Below are positions 28,378 through 36,770 of a DNA stretch of 64,000 nt, one piece after another. The position numbers and the translations under genes were made by a program. Source of the DNA: Bacteroidales bacterium (GTDB lineage: Bacteria; Bacteroidota; Bacteroidia; Bacteroidales; WCHB1-69); contig JAGCCZ010000054.1 in NCBI GenBank assembly GCA_017651425.1, positions 11,198 through 75,197 of the forward strand, in the 5' to 3' direction. The notes below the pieces were generated by a model. That model saw only the letters and a program-made list of their open reading frames with translations, searched no databases and was not told the DNA's origin. The stretch's first letter is position 1; each line of letters begins with the position of its first letter.

Positions 28378-29586
28378 ATGATTTGTTCTTACTTAATGCT
28401 TGCGGGGTATTTCTTATTCCCCATCCTGATCATCCTCTTGTTCAATCGCTATAAATGGGCCCAGAAAGTGGGCACCGTCATTTTGGCCTACGCTGTCGGC
28501 ATCATCATTGCGTTGCTGAACACGGCCTTCAATTTCTACCCTGCGGAAGGGACAGAGAGTTTCGCGACTTTCTCCTCCATACAAAGCAACCTGATGAGCG
28601 TCTGCGTGCCATTGGCCATTCCGCTGATGCTTTTCAACTCCGATTTCAAGCTGTGGACAAAGTCGCTGCCCAAGACGCTGGCTGTATTGGTTGGCGGCGT
28701 TCTTTCGGTAACTGTCGCCTTAGTGGCCGGCTATTTCATCTTCCGCAACCATGATTTCGGTTCTGTTGATGAGTTCAAGAAAGTGGCTGTCATGATGACG
28801 GGCATCTACACGGGCGGCACGCTCAACTTTGCCGCCTTGGGCGAGATGGTCCACGCCGACCCCAACACCATAAGCATAACCCTGGCCTTCGAGGAGATTG
28901 TCACCCTTCCCTTTATCATCTTCATCCTCGCTGGCGGATACAAGGTTTTCCGCAAATTTTTACCATTCAAGGACGAGACTTCGATTGAAGAGGATGTCAA
29001 CACAGAGCATATCTCAGAAAGCACATTTGAAAACTACCACGGCATGCTCCAGCCCAAGACCTTCGGAAAAATGATGCTCGGGCTGTTGCTCTCCATACTC
29101 ATGCTTGGCGTTGGCGTCGGTCTTTCCCTGCTTATTGTCCACAAGATCAACGAACTGGTAGTCATCCTGACCATCACCACGCTGGCTATCATCGCCTCTT
29201 TCAGCAAGAAAATCAGGGAATTGCCCAAGACTTTCGAGTTAGGCATGTTTTTCATCTTGGTTTTCAGTGTCGTGGTGGCCTCCAAGTTCGATGTGACAAA
29301 AATCGACAGTTCTTCCTTGACGATCATGTGGTACATTATGTTCGTCATGATCACCTCCATTGTGTTGCATCTGCTCTTCTGCCGCGCCGCGAAGGTGAGC
29401 GGCGACCTCTTCACGGTGGGCCACATCAGCCTGCTCTGCTCGCCGCCATTCGTGCCGCCCGTGGTGGAAGCCATCGGCAACCGCAAGGTGCTCATCAGCG
29501 GTATCGCCATCGGATTGGTGGGCTACGCCATCGGCACCTACCTGGGATCCCTGTTCGCCTCAATCCTCGGGCTGCCTCTATTCTAA
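28378..29586 (+). CDS. DUF819-family polytopic membrane protein
   Basis: ATG at 28378 (MICSYLMLAGYFLFPILII). About 402 aa with roughly 11 TM helices. Family recalled from N-terminal and C-terminal patterns. Confidence 0.6.
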   Translation: MICSYLMLAGYFLFPILIILLFNRYKWAQKVGTVILAYAVGIIIALLNTAFNFYPAEGTESFATFSSIQSNLMSVCVPLAIPLMLFNSDFKLWTKSLPKTLAVLVGGVLSVTVALVAGYFIFRNHDFGSVDEFKKVAVMMTGIYTGGTLNFAALGEMVHADPNTISITLAFEEIVTLPFIIFILAGGYKVFRKFLPFKDETSIEEDVNTEHISESTFENYHGMLQPKTFGKMMLGLLLSILMLGVGVGLSLLIVHKINELVVILTITTLAIIASFSKKIRELPKTFELGMFFILVFSVVVASKFDVTKIDSSSLTIMWYIMFVMITSIVLHLLFCRAAKVSGDLFTVGHISLLCSPPFVPPVVEAIGNRKVLISGIAIGLVGYAIGTYLGSLFASILGLPLF

Positions 29587-29623
29587 TTGGAACCTCAGAA
29601 TCACTCATCACAGTCAGCGTACA

Positions 29624-30805
29624 ATGAAAAAAATCATACTGCACAAAGGAAAAGAAAAATCGTTGCTGCGATTTCACCCGTGGGTGTTCTCCGGCGCCCT
29701 GTCGAAGGTGGAACGCGGCATTGAAGACGGCGACATCGTGGAAGTGTGCGACCATTCGGGGGCATTCCTCGCCTTGGGGCATTTCCATGACAGCTCCATC
29801 GCCGTCCGTGTCTTCTCCTTTGAGCCTGTTGAACCGGATTACAACTTCTGGAAAGAAAAGATCGCGAATGCGATGCGCTTCCGCCAATCCATTGGGCTGA
29901 CCGACAATCCCGCCACCACCATGTATCGTTTGGTGAACGGCGAAGGCGATGGTCTGCCCGGCCTCATCATCGACATCTACGATCACAACGCCGTCATGCA
30001 GTTCCATTCCTACGGCATGTATTTGCTCAAGGACATCTTTGTAAAGATTCTGTGCGAATTGATTCCGGACCTTCGCTCCATATATAACAAAAGCGGGCTC
30101 ACGCTCAACGACATGGTGGACTTTGAGCCGCAGGACGAGCTGCTTTACGGAGAGTTGGGGGCCGTCACAGCCAAGGAGAACGGCATCACGTTTCACATCG
30201 ACATTCCGGGCGGGCAAAAGACAGGCTTTTTTCTGGACCAACGCGACAACCGTGCCATGGTAGGCACCTTGGCGAAAAACCGCCATGTGCTCAACATGTT
30301 CTGCTATTCCGGCGGCTTTTCCGCATACGCCTTGCGCGGAGGTGCCACCCATGTGGATTCCGTGGACATTTCCCGAAAGGCCATTGAACTGACAGAAAGC
30401 AACATCAAGTTCCTCGGCAATGAAGCCCAAGCCCGTCACGCGGCACACTGTGCCGATGTGTTCCAATTTTTGGAGGAGACCCCATCCCAGCAGTACGACC
30501 TCATTGTCCTTGATCCGCCCGCCTTCGCCAAGCACCATCGTGTCAAGGAGCAGGGCATCAAGGGGTATCGCAACATCAACCGCAAGGCCATGGACAAGCT
30601 CAAGCCAGGCGGCCTGCTCTTCACTTTTTCCTGTTCCCAGGCCATCAGCATGGATGATTTCCGGACCATTGCCTTCTCCGCCGCCGCCATGGAGCATAAA
30701 AACGTGCGTGTGATTCACCAGATGCAACATGCCCTTGACCATCCCGTAAGCATCTATCATCCTGAAGGCGAGTATCTCAAGGGGCTTCTTCTTGCCGTGC
30801 AATAA
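29624..30805 (+). CDS. rlmI: 23S rRNA m5C methyltransferase RlmI-type (PUA + class I SAM MTase)
   Basis: 393 aa. N-terminus KGKEKSLLRFHPWVFSGA is nearly identical in pattern to E. coli RlmI. Also GQKTGFFLDQRDNR and VLDPPAF. Confidence 0.8.
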   Translation: MKKIILHKGKEKSLLRFHPWVFSGALSKVERGIEDGDIVEVCDHSGAFLALGHFHDSSIAVRVFSFEPVEPDYNFWKEKIANAMRFRQSIGLTDNPATTMYRLVNGEGDGLPGLIIDIYDHNAVMQFHSYGMYLLKDIFVKILCELIPDLRSIYNKSGLTLNDMVDFEPQDELLYGELGAVTAKENGITFHIDIPGGQKTGFFLDQRDNRAMVGTLAKNRHVLNMFCYSGGFSAYALRGGATHVDSVDISRKAIELTESNIKFLGNEAQARHAAHCADVFQFLEETPSQQYDLIVLDPPAFAKHHRVKEQGIKGYRNINRKAMDKLKPGGLLFTFSCSQAISMDDFRTIAFSAAAMEHKNVRVIHQMQHALDHPVSIYHPEGEYLKGLLLAVQ

Positions 30806-30815
30806 TTTTGCCAAC

Positions 30816-31514
30816 ATGAATATAGAAATCTGCTGCAACTCCATCCAGTCGGCCGCTAACGCCAAGGCGGCCGGTGCCACGCGTATCGAGCTGTGCCAAG
30901 ACCTGGAAAACGGAGGGACCACCCCCTCGTATGCCGCCATCCGGCACTGCGTGAAAAATCTCAAGCTCGATGTCTTCGTCCTGATCCGCCCCCGTTCCGG
31001 CGATTTTTGCTATAATGACATGGAGATAGAGACCATGGCGGAAGATGTGCGCATCTGCAAGCAATTGGGCGTTGCCGGCATCGTGGTGGGCTTTCTCACA
31101 CAGGAAGGCAGCATCGACACCGCGCTGACCCGCCGATTCGTGGAACTTGCCGCTCCCCTGCCCGTCACCTTCCACCGGGCCTTCGACCGTTGTCCCGACT
31201 GGCAGCACTCCTTGGAACAAGTCATCAGTTGCGGGTGTGCTCGCATCCTCACTTCCGGGTGCATGCCCACCGTGGAGGAAGGTGCCGGGAACCTGAGGCA
31301 GATTGTGGAACGCGCGGGCAATCGCATCACCATCCTGGCCGGTGGCGGCGTCACACCCGACAACGTGCAGTCGCTCATTGACACAACCGGCGTAAAAGAG
31401 GTGCACGGTTCTTGCAAGCACGCCATGCCGGGCGGCTACAACGAGACCGATGGGACTAAGGTCAGACAACTGATTGGAAATGCCCTTGAAATTGCAGTGA
31501 ACAGTGATCAGTGA
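30816..31514 (+). CDS. cutC: copper homeostasis protein CutC
   Basis: ATG at 30816 gives MNIEICCNSIQSAANAKAAGATRIELC... and VTFHRAFD. Confidence 0.85.
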   Translation: MNIEICCNSIQSAANAKAAGATRIELCQDLENGGTTPSYAAIRHCVKNLKLDVFVLIRPRSGDFCYNDMEIETMAEDVRICKQLGVAGIVVGFLTQEGSIDTALTRRFVELAAPLPVTFHRAFDRCPDWQHSLEQVISCGCARILTSGCMPTVEEGAGNLRQIVERAGNRITILAGGGVTPDNVQSLIDTTGVKEVHGSCKHAMPGGYNETDGTKVRQLIGNALEIAVNSDQ

Positions 31515-31531
31515 ATCAGTGATCAGTGAAT
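31495..31531 (+). repeat. CAGTGAW heptamer/octamer tandem array (5 units; the 15-mer cagtgatcagtgaat occurs twice) spanning the cutC stop codon
   Basis: Read directly: cagtgaa cagtgat cagtgaat cagtgat cagtgaat. The cutC TGA is at 31512-31514. Confidence 0.9.
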
Positions 31532-31602
31532 AGAACGAGGGTGGGCGACGGAGTGCGTTGCTGAAGTTCCGTGCGACCGGCCAACCCCTTGAGGGGACTC
31601 CC

Positions 31603-34089
31603 CTACTCTTCCTTTTCCTTCAAAGCATCCTGGAAAATGCTGAACACATAATCGCGTGTGGACTTGGGTTCATCACCGGGAAGTGGATACACCGGTTTTA
31701 AAAAACGCACGCTGATGGGGAATCTGAACCGGAAATACGGCAATTTGCCCCAACGTCCCAATGCGCGTTCGGTCCCTTCTATCACAACAGGGACAATCGG
31801 CACATTCAACGCTTGGCTGATGATGGCGAATGTCTCCTTGAACTTGCCCAACTTGCCATCCTTGGAACGGGTACCCTCCGGGAAGATGATGACATTCTTG
31901 CCTCGCATCAAAGCCGCCGCCACCTGCTGCAAGGCGGCGGTGACATTCTGGTTGATATCCATGAGAATCAAGTTGTTCTTCTTGGCCATGAATGCCATGA
32001 ACTTGGAACGCCAGTGCTTTGCCTTGGCAAAGAAATAGGTTCTTCGAGACTGCGCGACTGTCAATTGGGAGATAATGCTTGGGGCGTCCATGTAACTGCG
32101 GTGGTTGGCAATCATCAAACAAGGATCCTGAGGAATATTCTCCATTCCCTGACCTTTGATTTTATAGACGACAGGCATGGCACAACGGATGAAAGCATCC
32201 ACGCACCAGTGTGTTATACCCGGTTTATTCAGCCTTACTTGAGATATTTTATCCAATAGTATCTCCCGCCATGATTTTTGATTGGAATGGGTGGCATGGG
32301 TTTGGGTTTCTATAAGCTCCGTCAAGGTGCGCAGTGTGCTGCACTCCTCCAACTGGTTGGGCGTTATCTTCACGTCAAAGGTGCTCTCCACGTATGCCAA
32401 CAGGGCCACACGCGTAAGCGAGTCCATGGCAAGGTCGATTTCGAAATGAGAATCCGGGGCGGCGGAAGTCCCTGTCTCAGCATCCACAAAATGTTTCAGC
32501 AAGTCGTAGGTCTCGCCCAGACTCTCCATCTCCGATTCAGCAGGTTTCTCTTCCTGATTCTTTTCCAGCAACGGTTCGAGCAGGAACCGCTGCAGTTTAC
32601 CCAACTTTGTTTTGGGCAACTCCGTGGAGATCACATGGAAATTGCGCAGTCGCTTGTATGTGACAGCGTTTTTGTTGTAGTCCAGAATAGCATCGCGCAC
32701 AGTGTCGTCGAGCGAGCGTCCGGTGTCATCACGCACGGCACTCATCTCAGGCACTACAATAGCCGTAAGGATGCCGTCGGGTGCGCATACGCCGACCTCC
32801 TTGATACAGGCATAGTGTTTAGACAGAGCGTTTTCAATCTCTTCGGGATTGATATTCTTGCCGTTAGAGGTGACAATAATGTCTTTGATGCGTCCCGTGA
32901 GCTTGAGCCCGTACTTGTCGAGGATTCCCGTGTCGCCGGTATGGAGCCATCCGTCCCGAATGACAGCCTCGGTCTCCTCTTTGCGGTGGTAGTAACCGGC
33001 CATCACGTTGTCGCCACGCACACAGACCTCTCCATTGTCGTCAATGCGGACCTCAATGCCTGGCAGCGGATGACCCGCATAGCCGATTTTGCGTCCGCCG
33101 GGGCGGGTGAAGCTAATCATGGGTGCCGTCTCCGTCATGCCATAGCCTTCCAGCACATAGAATCCCAATGCTTTATAGATGCGGGCGGTCTCAATGGAGA
33201 GTGCCGCCCCGCCGGAGACCAGGAATTTGATGTGGCCGCCGAATTTCTTGTGTACCGCCGCAAAGACCGTCTTGGAGAGCCATTGCCATCCGATGGCGTT
33301 CACCATCTTGTAAAGCCAGCGCGTGATACGCCGTTCATTGATCTTGGACATCACACCCTTGGCCAACAGGTCGTAGAGTCGGGGCACACCGATGATGATG
33401 CTGATTTTGCCGTCATTGAGGGTTTGCAGCACACTTTCGGCATTGAGTTTGCTCGCGATGACCACAGTGGCGCCCACCCGCAGCGGGGCCACCATCGAGC
33501 CCATTAACGGGAAAGCATGGTGCAAGGGCAGCAGAATCATCACATTGCGTTCCGGGTCGAAGATGTGGACGCTCTTGGAGACGGCATCCACATTGTAGAG
33601 GATGTTGCGATAGGTCAGCATCACGCCCTTGGGGGTGCCGGCCGTGCCCGAGGTGTAGATGATCAGTACCACGTCGTCGGGTTCCCCGGCGGGGATGTCC
33701 ATCGGGACACGCTCGTTCACGTTTGCCACGGGAACCTCTTCCATCACAACCACACGGGTTGGCACACCAGACTCTTGGATCACCTTCTGCACCGAAGCAC
33801 ACCGTTCCGAGGTTGTCACCAAGACATCGGGGAGGGCATCCTTCAGCACATACGCCAGCTCGTCGGGTGTGGCCAGCTCATCAATGGGAACGGCTATGGC
33901 CTTGGCATGGATGATGCCATAAAACGCGAAAATCCATTCCGGAGAGTTGGGGGCGAAGATGGCCACCTTGAACTCCTTTCCGATCGAGCCATACGCATCG
34001 GCATAGCATTGCGCATAACGCGAAAGGTCGTCGTATGTGTATCTCCTGTCAGCACATTGAATGGCGATCTTGTCGTGCAATCTAAGCAT
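31603..34089 (-). CDS. tri-domain protein: acyl-AMP ligase (AMP-binding) + carrier-protein (PP-binding) domain + PlsC-type acyltransferase
   Basis: 828 aa. YTSGTAGTPKGV and GWLHTGDTG (adenylation), EIDLAMDSLTRVAL (phosphopantetheine Ser motif), NHRSYMD (HX4D) and FPEGTRS (acyltransferase). Confidence 0.85.
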   Translation of the reverse strand: MLRLHDKIAIQCADRRYTYDDLSRYAQCYADAYGSIGKEFKVAIFAPNSPEWIFAFYGIIHAKAIAVPIDELATPDELAYVLKDALPDVLVTTSERCASVQKVIQESGVPTRVVVMEEVPVANVNERVPMDIPAGEPDDVVLIIYTSGTAGTPKGVMLTYRNILYNVDAVSKSVHIFDPERNVMILLPLHHAFPLMGSMVAPLRVGATVVIASKLNAESVLQTLNDGKISIIIGVPRLYDLLAKGVMSKINERRITRWLYKMVNAIGWQWLSKTVFAAVHKKFGGHIKFLVSGGAALSIETARIYKALGFYVLEGYGMTETAPMISFTRPGGRKIGYAGHPLPGIEVRIDDNGEVCVRGDNVMAGYYHRKEETEAVIRDGWLHTGDTGILDKYGLKLTGRIKDIIVTSNGKNINPEEIENALSKHYACIKEVGVCAPDGILTAIVVPEMSAVRDDTGRSLDDTVRDAILDYNKNAVTYKRLRNFHVISTELPKTKLGKLQRFLLEPLLEKNQEEKPAESEMESLGETYDLLKHFVDAETGTSAAPDSHFEIDLAMDSLTRVALLAYVESTFDVKITPNQLEECSTLRTLTELIETQTHATHSNQKSWREILLDKISQVRLNKPGITHWCVDAFIRCAMPVVYKIKGQGMENIPQDPCLMIANHRSYMDAPSIISQLTVAQSRRTYFFAKAKHWRSKFMAFMAKKNNLILMDINQNVTAALQQVAAALMRGKNVIIFPEGTRSKDGKLGKFKETFAIISQALNVPIVPVVIEGTERALGRWGKLPYFRFRFPISVRFLKPVYPLPGDEPKSTRDYVFSIFQDALKEKEE

Positions 34090-34131
34090 CAGAAACAGTC
34101 AGAAATTTGGAATTTTATGAATTTCGGGTTA

Positions 34132-35064
34132 TTACACATAGTAGTGCGTCGAGATGGAGGTGTCGTCCACGACGCTTTGGATAACTTTTGCCATAAGTTC
34201 GGAGACGGAGACCACTTTGATCCTGTCGCATTTTTTGCGGAACGGAATGGAGTCGGTAATAAGCACCTCGTCAAGGACGGAGTTCTCGATGTTCTCGATG
34301 GCGTTGCCGGAGAAGAGACCGTGCGCGCACATGGCGCGGACACTGCGGGCACCCATCTCCTTGATGCGGGCAGCCGCCTTGCAGAGCGTGCCGGCGGTGT
34401 CGATGATGTCATCCACAATAATGACATTCTTGTCCTGAACATCACCGAGGATTTGAAGGGTTGCCACTTCATTCTGCTTCTCACGGTGTTTGTAGCCTAT
34501 AACCAAGTCGCAATTGAGGGCCTTGGCATACGTGGAGGCACGTTTGGTGCCGCCCGTGTCGGGAGAGGCGATGCAAAGGTTCTCAAGATTCATGGCTTTC
34601 ACAAAGGGAATGAAAACATTGGAGGCGAAAAGATGGTCAACTGGCACCTCAAAGAATCCCTGGATCTGGTCAGCATGCAGGTCCATGGTGATCACGCGCG
34701 TGACACCGGCCGCGGTGAGCAGGTTACACATCAATTTGGCCCCGATGGAGGTACGTGGCTTGTCTTTGCGGTCCTGACGCGCATAGCCGAAATAGGGCAT
34801 CACCGCCACGATGTTGCGTGCGGAAGCGCGCTTCGCGGCATCAATCGTGATGAGCAATTCAATGATGTTGTCAGACGGCGCGAAGGTCGGTTGGATGAGA
34901 AAAACATTCTTTCCCCTGATGGTGTCATTGAAATAGACCTGGATTTCACCATCCTTGAATTGGAGGATATCCACAGGGAACAAGGGTTTTTGCAGATGTT
35001 CTGCAATGCGTCTTGCCAGTTCAGGGTTGGCTCGACCCGCAACTAAAACGTATTCGTAATCCAT
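34132..35064 (-). CDS. prs: ribose-phosphate pyrophosphokinase
   Basis: 310 aa. YFGYARQDRK, DLHADQIQGFF and VIIVDDIIDTAGT. Confidence 0.95.
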   Translation of the reverse strand: MDYEYVLVAGRANPELARRIAEHLQKPLFPVDILQFKDGEIQVYFNDTIRGKNVFLIQPTFAPSDNIIELLITIDAAKRASARNIVAVMPYFGYARQDRKDKPRTSIGAKLMCNLLTAAGVTRVITMDLHADQIQGFFEVPVDHLFASNVFIPFVKAMNLENLCIASPDTGGTKRASTYAKALNCDLVIGYKHREKQNEVATLQILGDVQDKNVIIVDDIIDTAGTLCKAAARIKEMGARSVRAMCAHGLFSGNAIENIENSVLDEVLITDSIPFRKKCDRIKVVSVSELMAKVIQSVVDDTSISTHYYV

Positions 35065-35109
35065 AACTTGCTGATATTTGTAGATTTTAGGTTTTTAATT
35101 GTCTGACTG

Positions 35110-35117
35110 CAAAAGTA
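35110..35117 (-). promoter_or_regulatory. Bacteroidota -7 promoter box (TACTTTTG on minus strand)
   Basis: caaaagta on the plus strand, 46 nt upstream of the prs ATG at 35064. Confidence 0.45.
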
Positions 35118-35176
35118 TATACTGTTTGCGTAAACTGCAAAAAAACTTGTTACTTTTTATCAACAAAGAAAACCGG

Positions 35177-36266
35177 TCATTTTTGGCCTCCGCTCATCAG
35201 GTAAGCTTTGATGAATTCATCCAAATCCCCATCCAGCACAGCGTTGACATTTCCGGTCTCATAGCCCGTGCGAAGGTCCTTGACCATCTTATAGGGTTGC
35301 AGCACATAACTGCGGATTTGGCTCCCCCACTCTATCCTCTTCTTGGTGCCTTCTATCTCGGCCAATTTTTCACGTTTCTTCTCCAGCTCAATCTGGTACA
35401 GGCGCGACTTGAGCATGCGCATGGCCATTTCCCGGTTCTGGATCTGCGAGCGGGTGACCTGGCATTCCACGATAATGCCGGAGGGATGGTGGTGAAGGCG
35501 CACGGCCGTTTCCACCTTGTTGACATTCTGCCCGCCATGGCCGCTGGAGCGATAGGTATCCCAGCTGATGTCGGCGGGATTGATGTCGATGACGATGTCA
35601 TCGTTGATGATGGGGTATGCAAAGACGGATGCGAAGGTGGTGTGCCGGCGATTGGCCGCATCGAACGGCGAGAGGCGTACCAACCGGTGAACGCCGATCT
35701 CGCTCTTAAGGTATCCGTATGCGTAGGGACCGTCCAATTCGACAGACACCGACTTGATGCCTACCACATCGCCTTCCTGGCGGTCCAGCAACTTGATGGA
35801 GTAATTGTTGCGTTCTGCCCAGCGGGTGTACATGCGCAACAGCATCTCTGCCCAGTCGCAGCTTTCGGTGCCGCCCGCACCCGAGTTGATATTGATGACG
35901 ACGTTGAGGGAGTCCTCCTCGTCGCGCATCATATTCCGGAATTCAAGAGCCTCCACGGCTTTGAGGGCCTTGGCATACGCCGTGTCAACCTCCTGTTCAG
36001 TGGCCTCTCCCGCGTCGTGGAATTCGTCCAGGACGGAAAGCTCGTCACAAAGTTCCTCGGCTGCAGCATAGTCCTGCACCCAAGTCTTCAGCGCGCTGAT
36101 TTCACGCATCAGCTTCTCCGCGGCCTTGGGATCGTCCCAGAAGCCGTCCTGCTGTGTGGCACGCTCCTTTTCCGCTATCTCGGATTGTTTGCCATCGACG
36201 TCAAAGATACCTCCTTAGCTCACCGAGCCTGGCTATAAGGTTTTTGATTTGTTCGGATGTGGTCAT
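35177..36266 (-). CDS. prfB: peptide chain release factor 2, expressed through a programmed +1 frameshift (21 codons in frame 0, then 341 codons in frame +1)
   Basis: Frame 0 runs from ATG at 36266: [21 protein letters not shown] then TGA. Skipping base 36203 gives [39 protein letters not shown]..., which joins track ORF 35177..36109. That ORF contains the SPF and GGQ motifs ([10 protein letters not shown]). Confidence 0.95.
36200..36215 (-). promoter_or_regulatory. prfB: prfB +1 frameshift site: AGGAGG-TAT-CTT TGA C
   Basis: The minus strand reads aggaggtatctttgac. It carries a Shine-Dalgarno-like element 3 nt upstream of the slippery CTT and an in-frame TGA followed by C. From memory, the E. 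coli site is AGGGGGTATCTTTGAC. Confidence 0.9.
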
Positions 36267-36305
36267 ACTATTTTTTTGCAGGGCCCGCACAAGACGTTGG
36301 CCATA

Positions 36306-36746
36306 TTATGAATTAATACAATTTTGAATTTCACTCATGCCAAACCCGCGCGAGAGCAAGAACCGCACCAGTTTAGGCTTGTCGTTGCTATCGGCGGCAT
36401 GTTGGCGTTTCCATTTTTCGACGGTGTCGGACAGCATTTGGGCATATTCCTCTTCGTCCACAGCATCCAAGGCATTGTCGATCAATTGTGGTTCAATCTT
36501 TTTGACATAGAGGTGCTGACGGATCTTCAGCTTTCCCCACTGGTCGTTCAACTTGCTTTGCACAAAGATGTCCACATAACGCTCCTCGTTGAGGAAGTCG
36601 TGCTCGCGCAGGCGCCGGATAATCTCATCGCGTTGAGCCACGGAGCACGGCATCGTGGCCAGTTTTTTCCGGACATCAAACTCACAGCGCTCCTGAAAGG
36701 CGCAGAAGCGTTCCAATTGGCTGAGCAGTTCGGCGGGCACGTCCAT
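36306..36746 (-). CDS. recX: RecX-family regulatory protein
   Basis: 146 aa, helical-repeat protein. CAFQERCEFDVRKKL and DFLNEERY fit the RecX pattern. Confidence 0.7.
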   Translation of the reverse strand: MDVPAELLSQLERFCAFQERCEFDVRKKLATMPCSVAQRDEIIRRLREHDFLNEERYVDIFVQSKLNDQWGKLKIRQHLYVKKIEPQLIDNALDAVDEEEYAQMLSDTVEKWKRQHAADSNDKPKLVRFLLSRGFGMSEIQNCINS

Positions 36747-36770
36747 GTGTCGAATTGTTTTAGGGATGGG

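Noticed and set aside
29495-30964. 489-aa minus-strand ORF
   Set aside because: It is antisense to rlmI and spans two gene boundaries. No motifs are present.
33517-35046. 509-aa plus-strand ORF
   Set aside because: It is antisense to the acyl-AMP ligase 5' region and to prs, and it crosses their intergenic gap. This is a shadow ORF.
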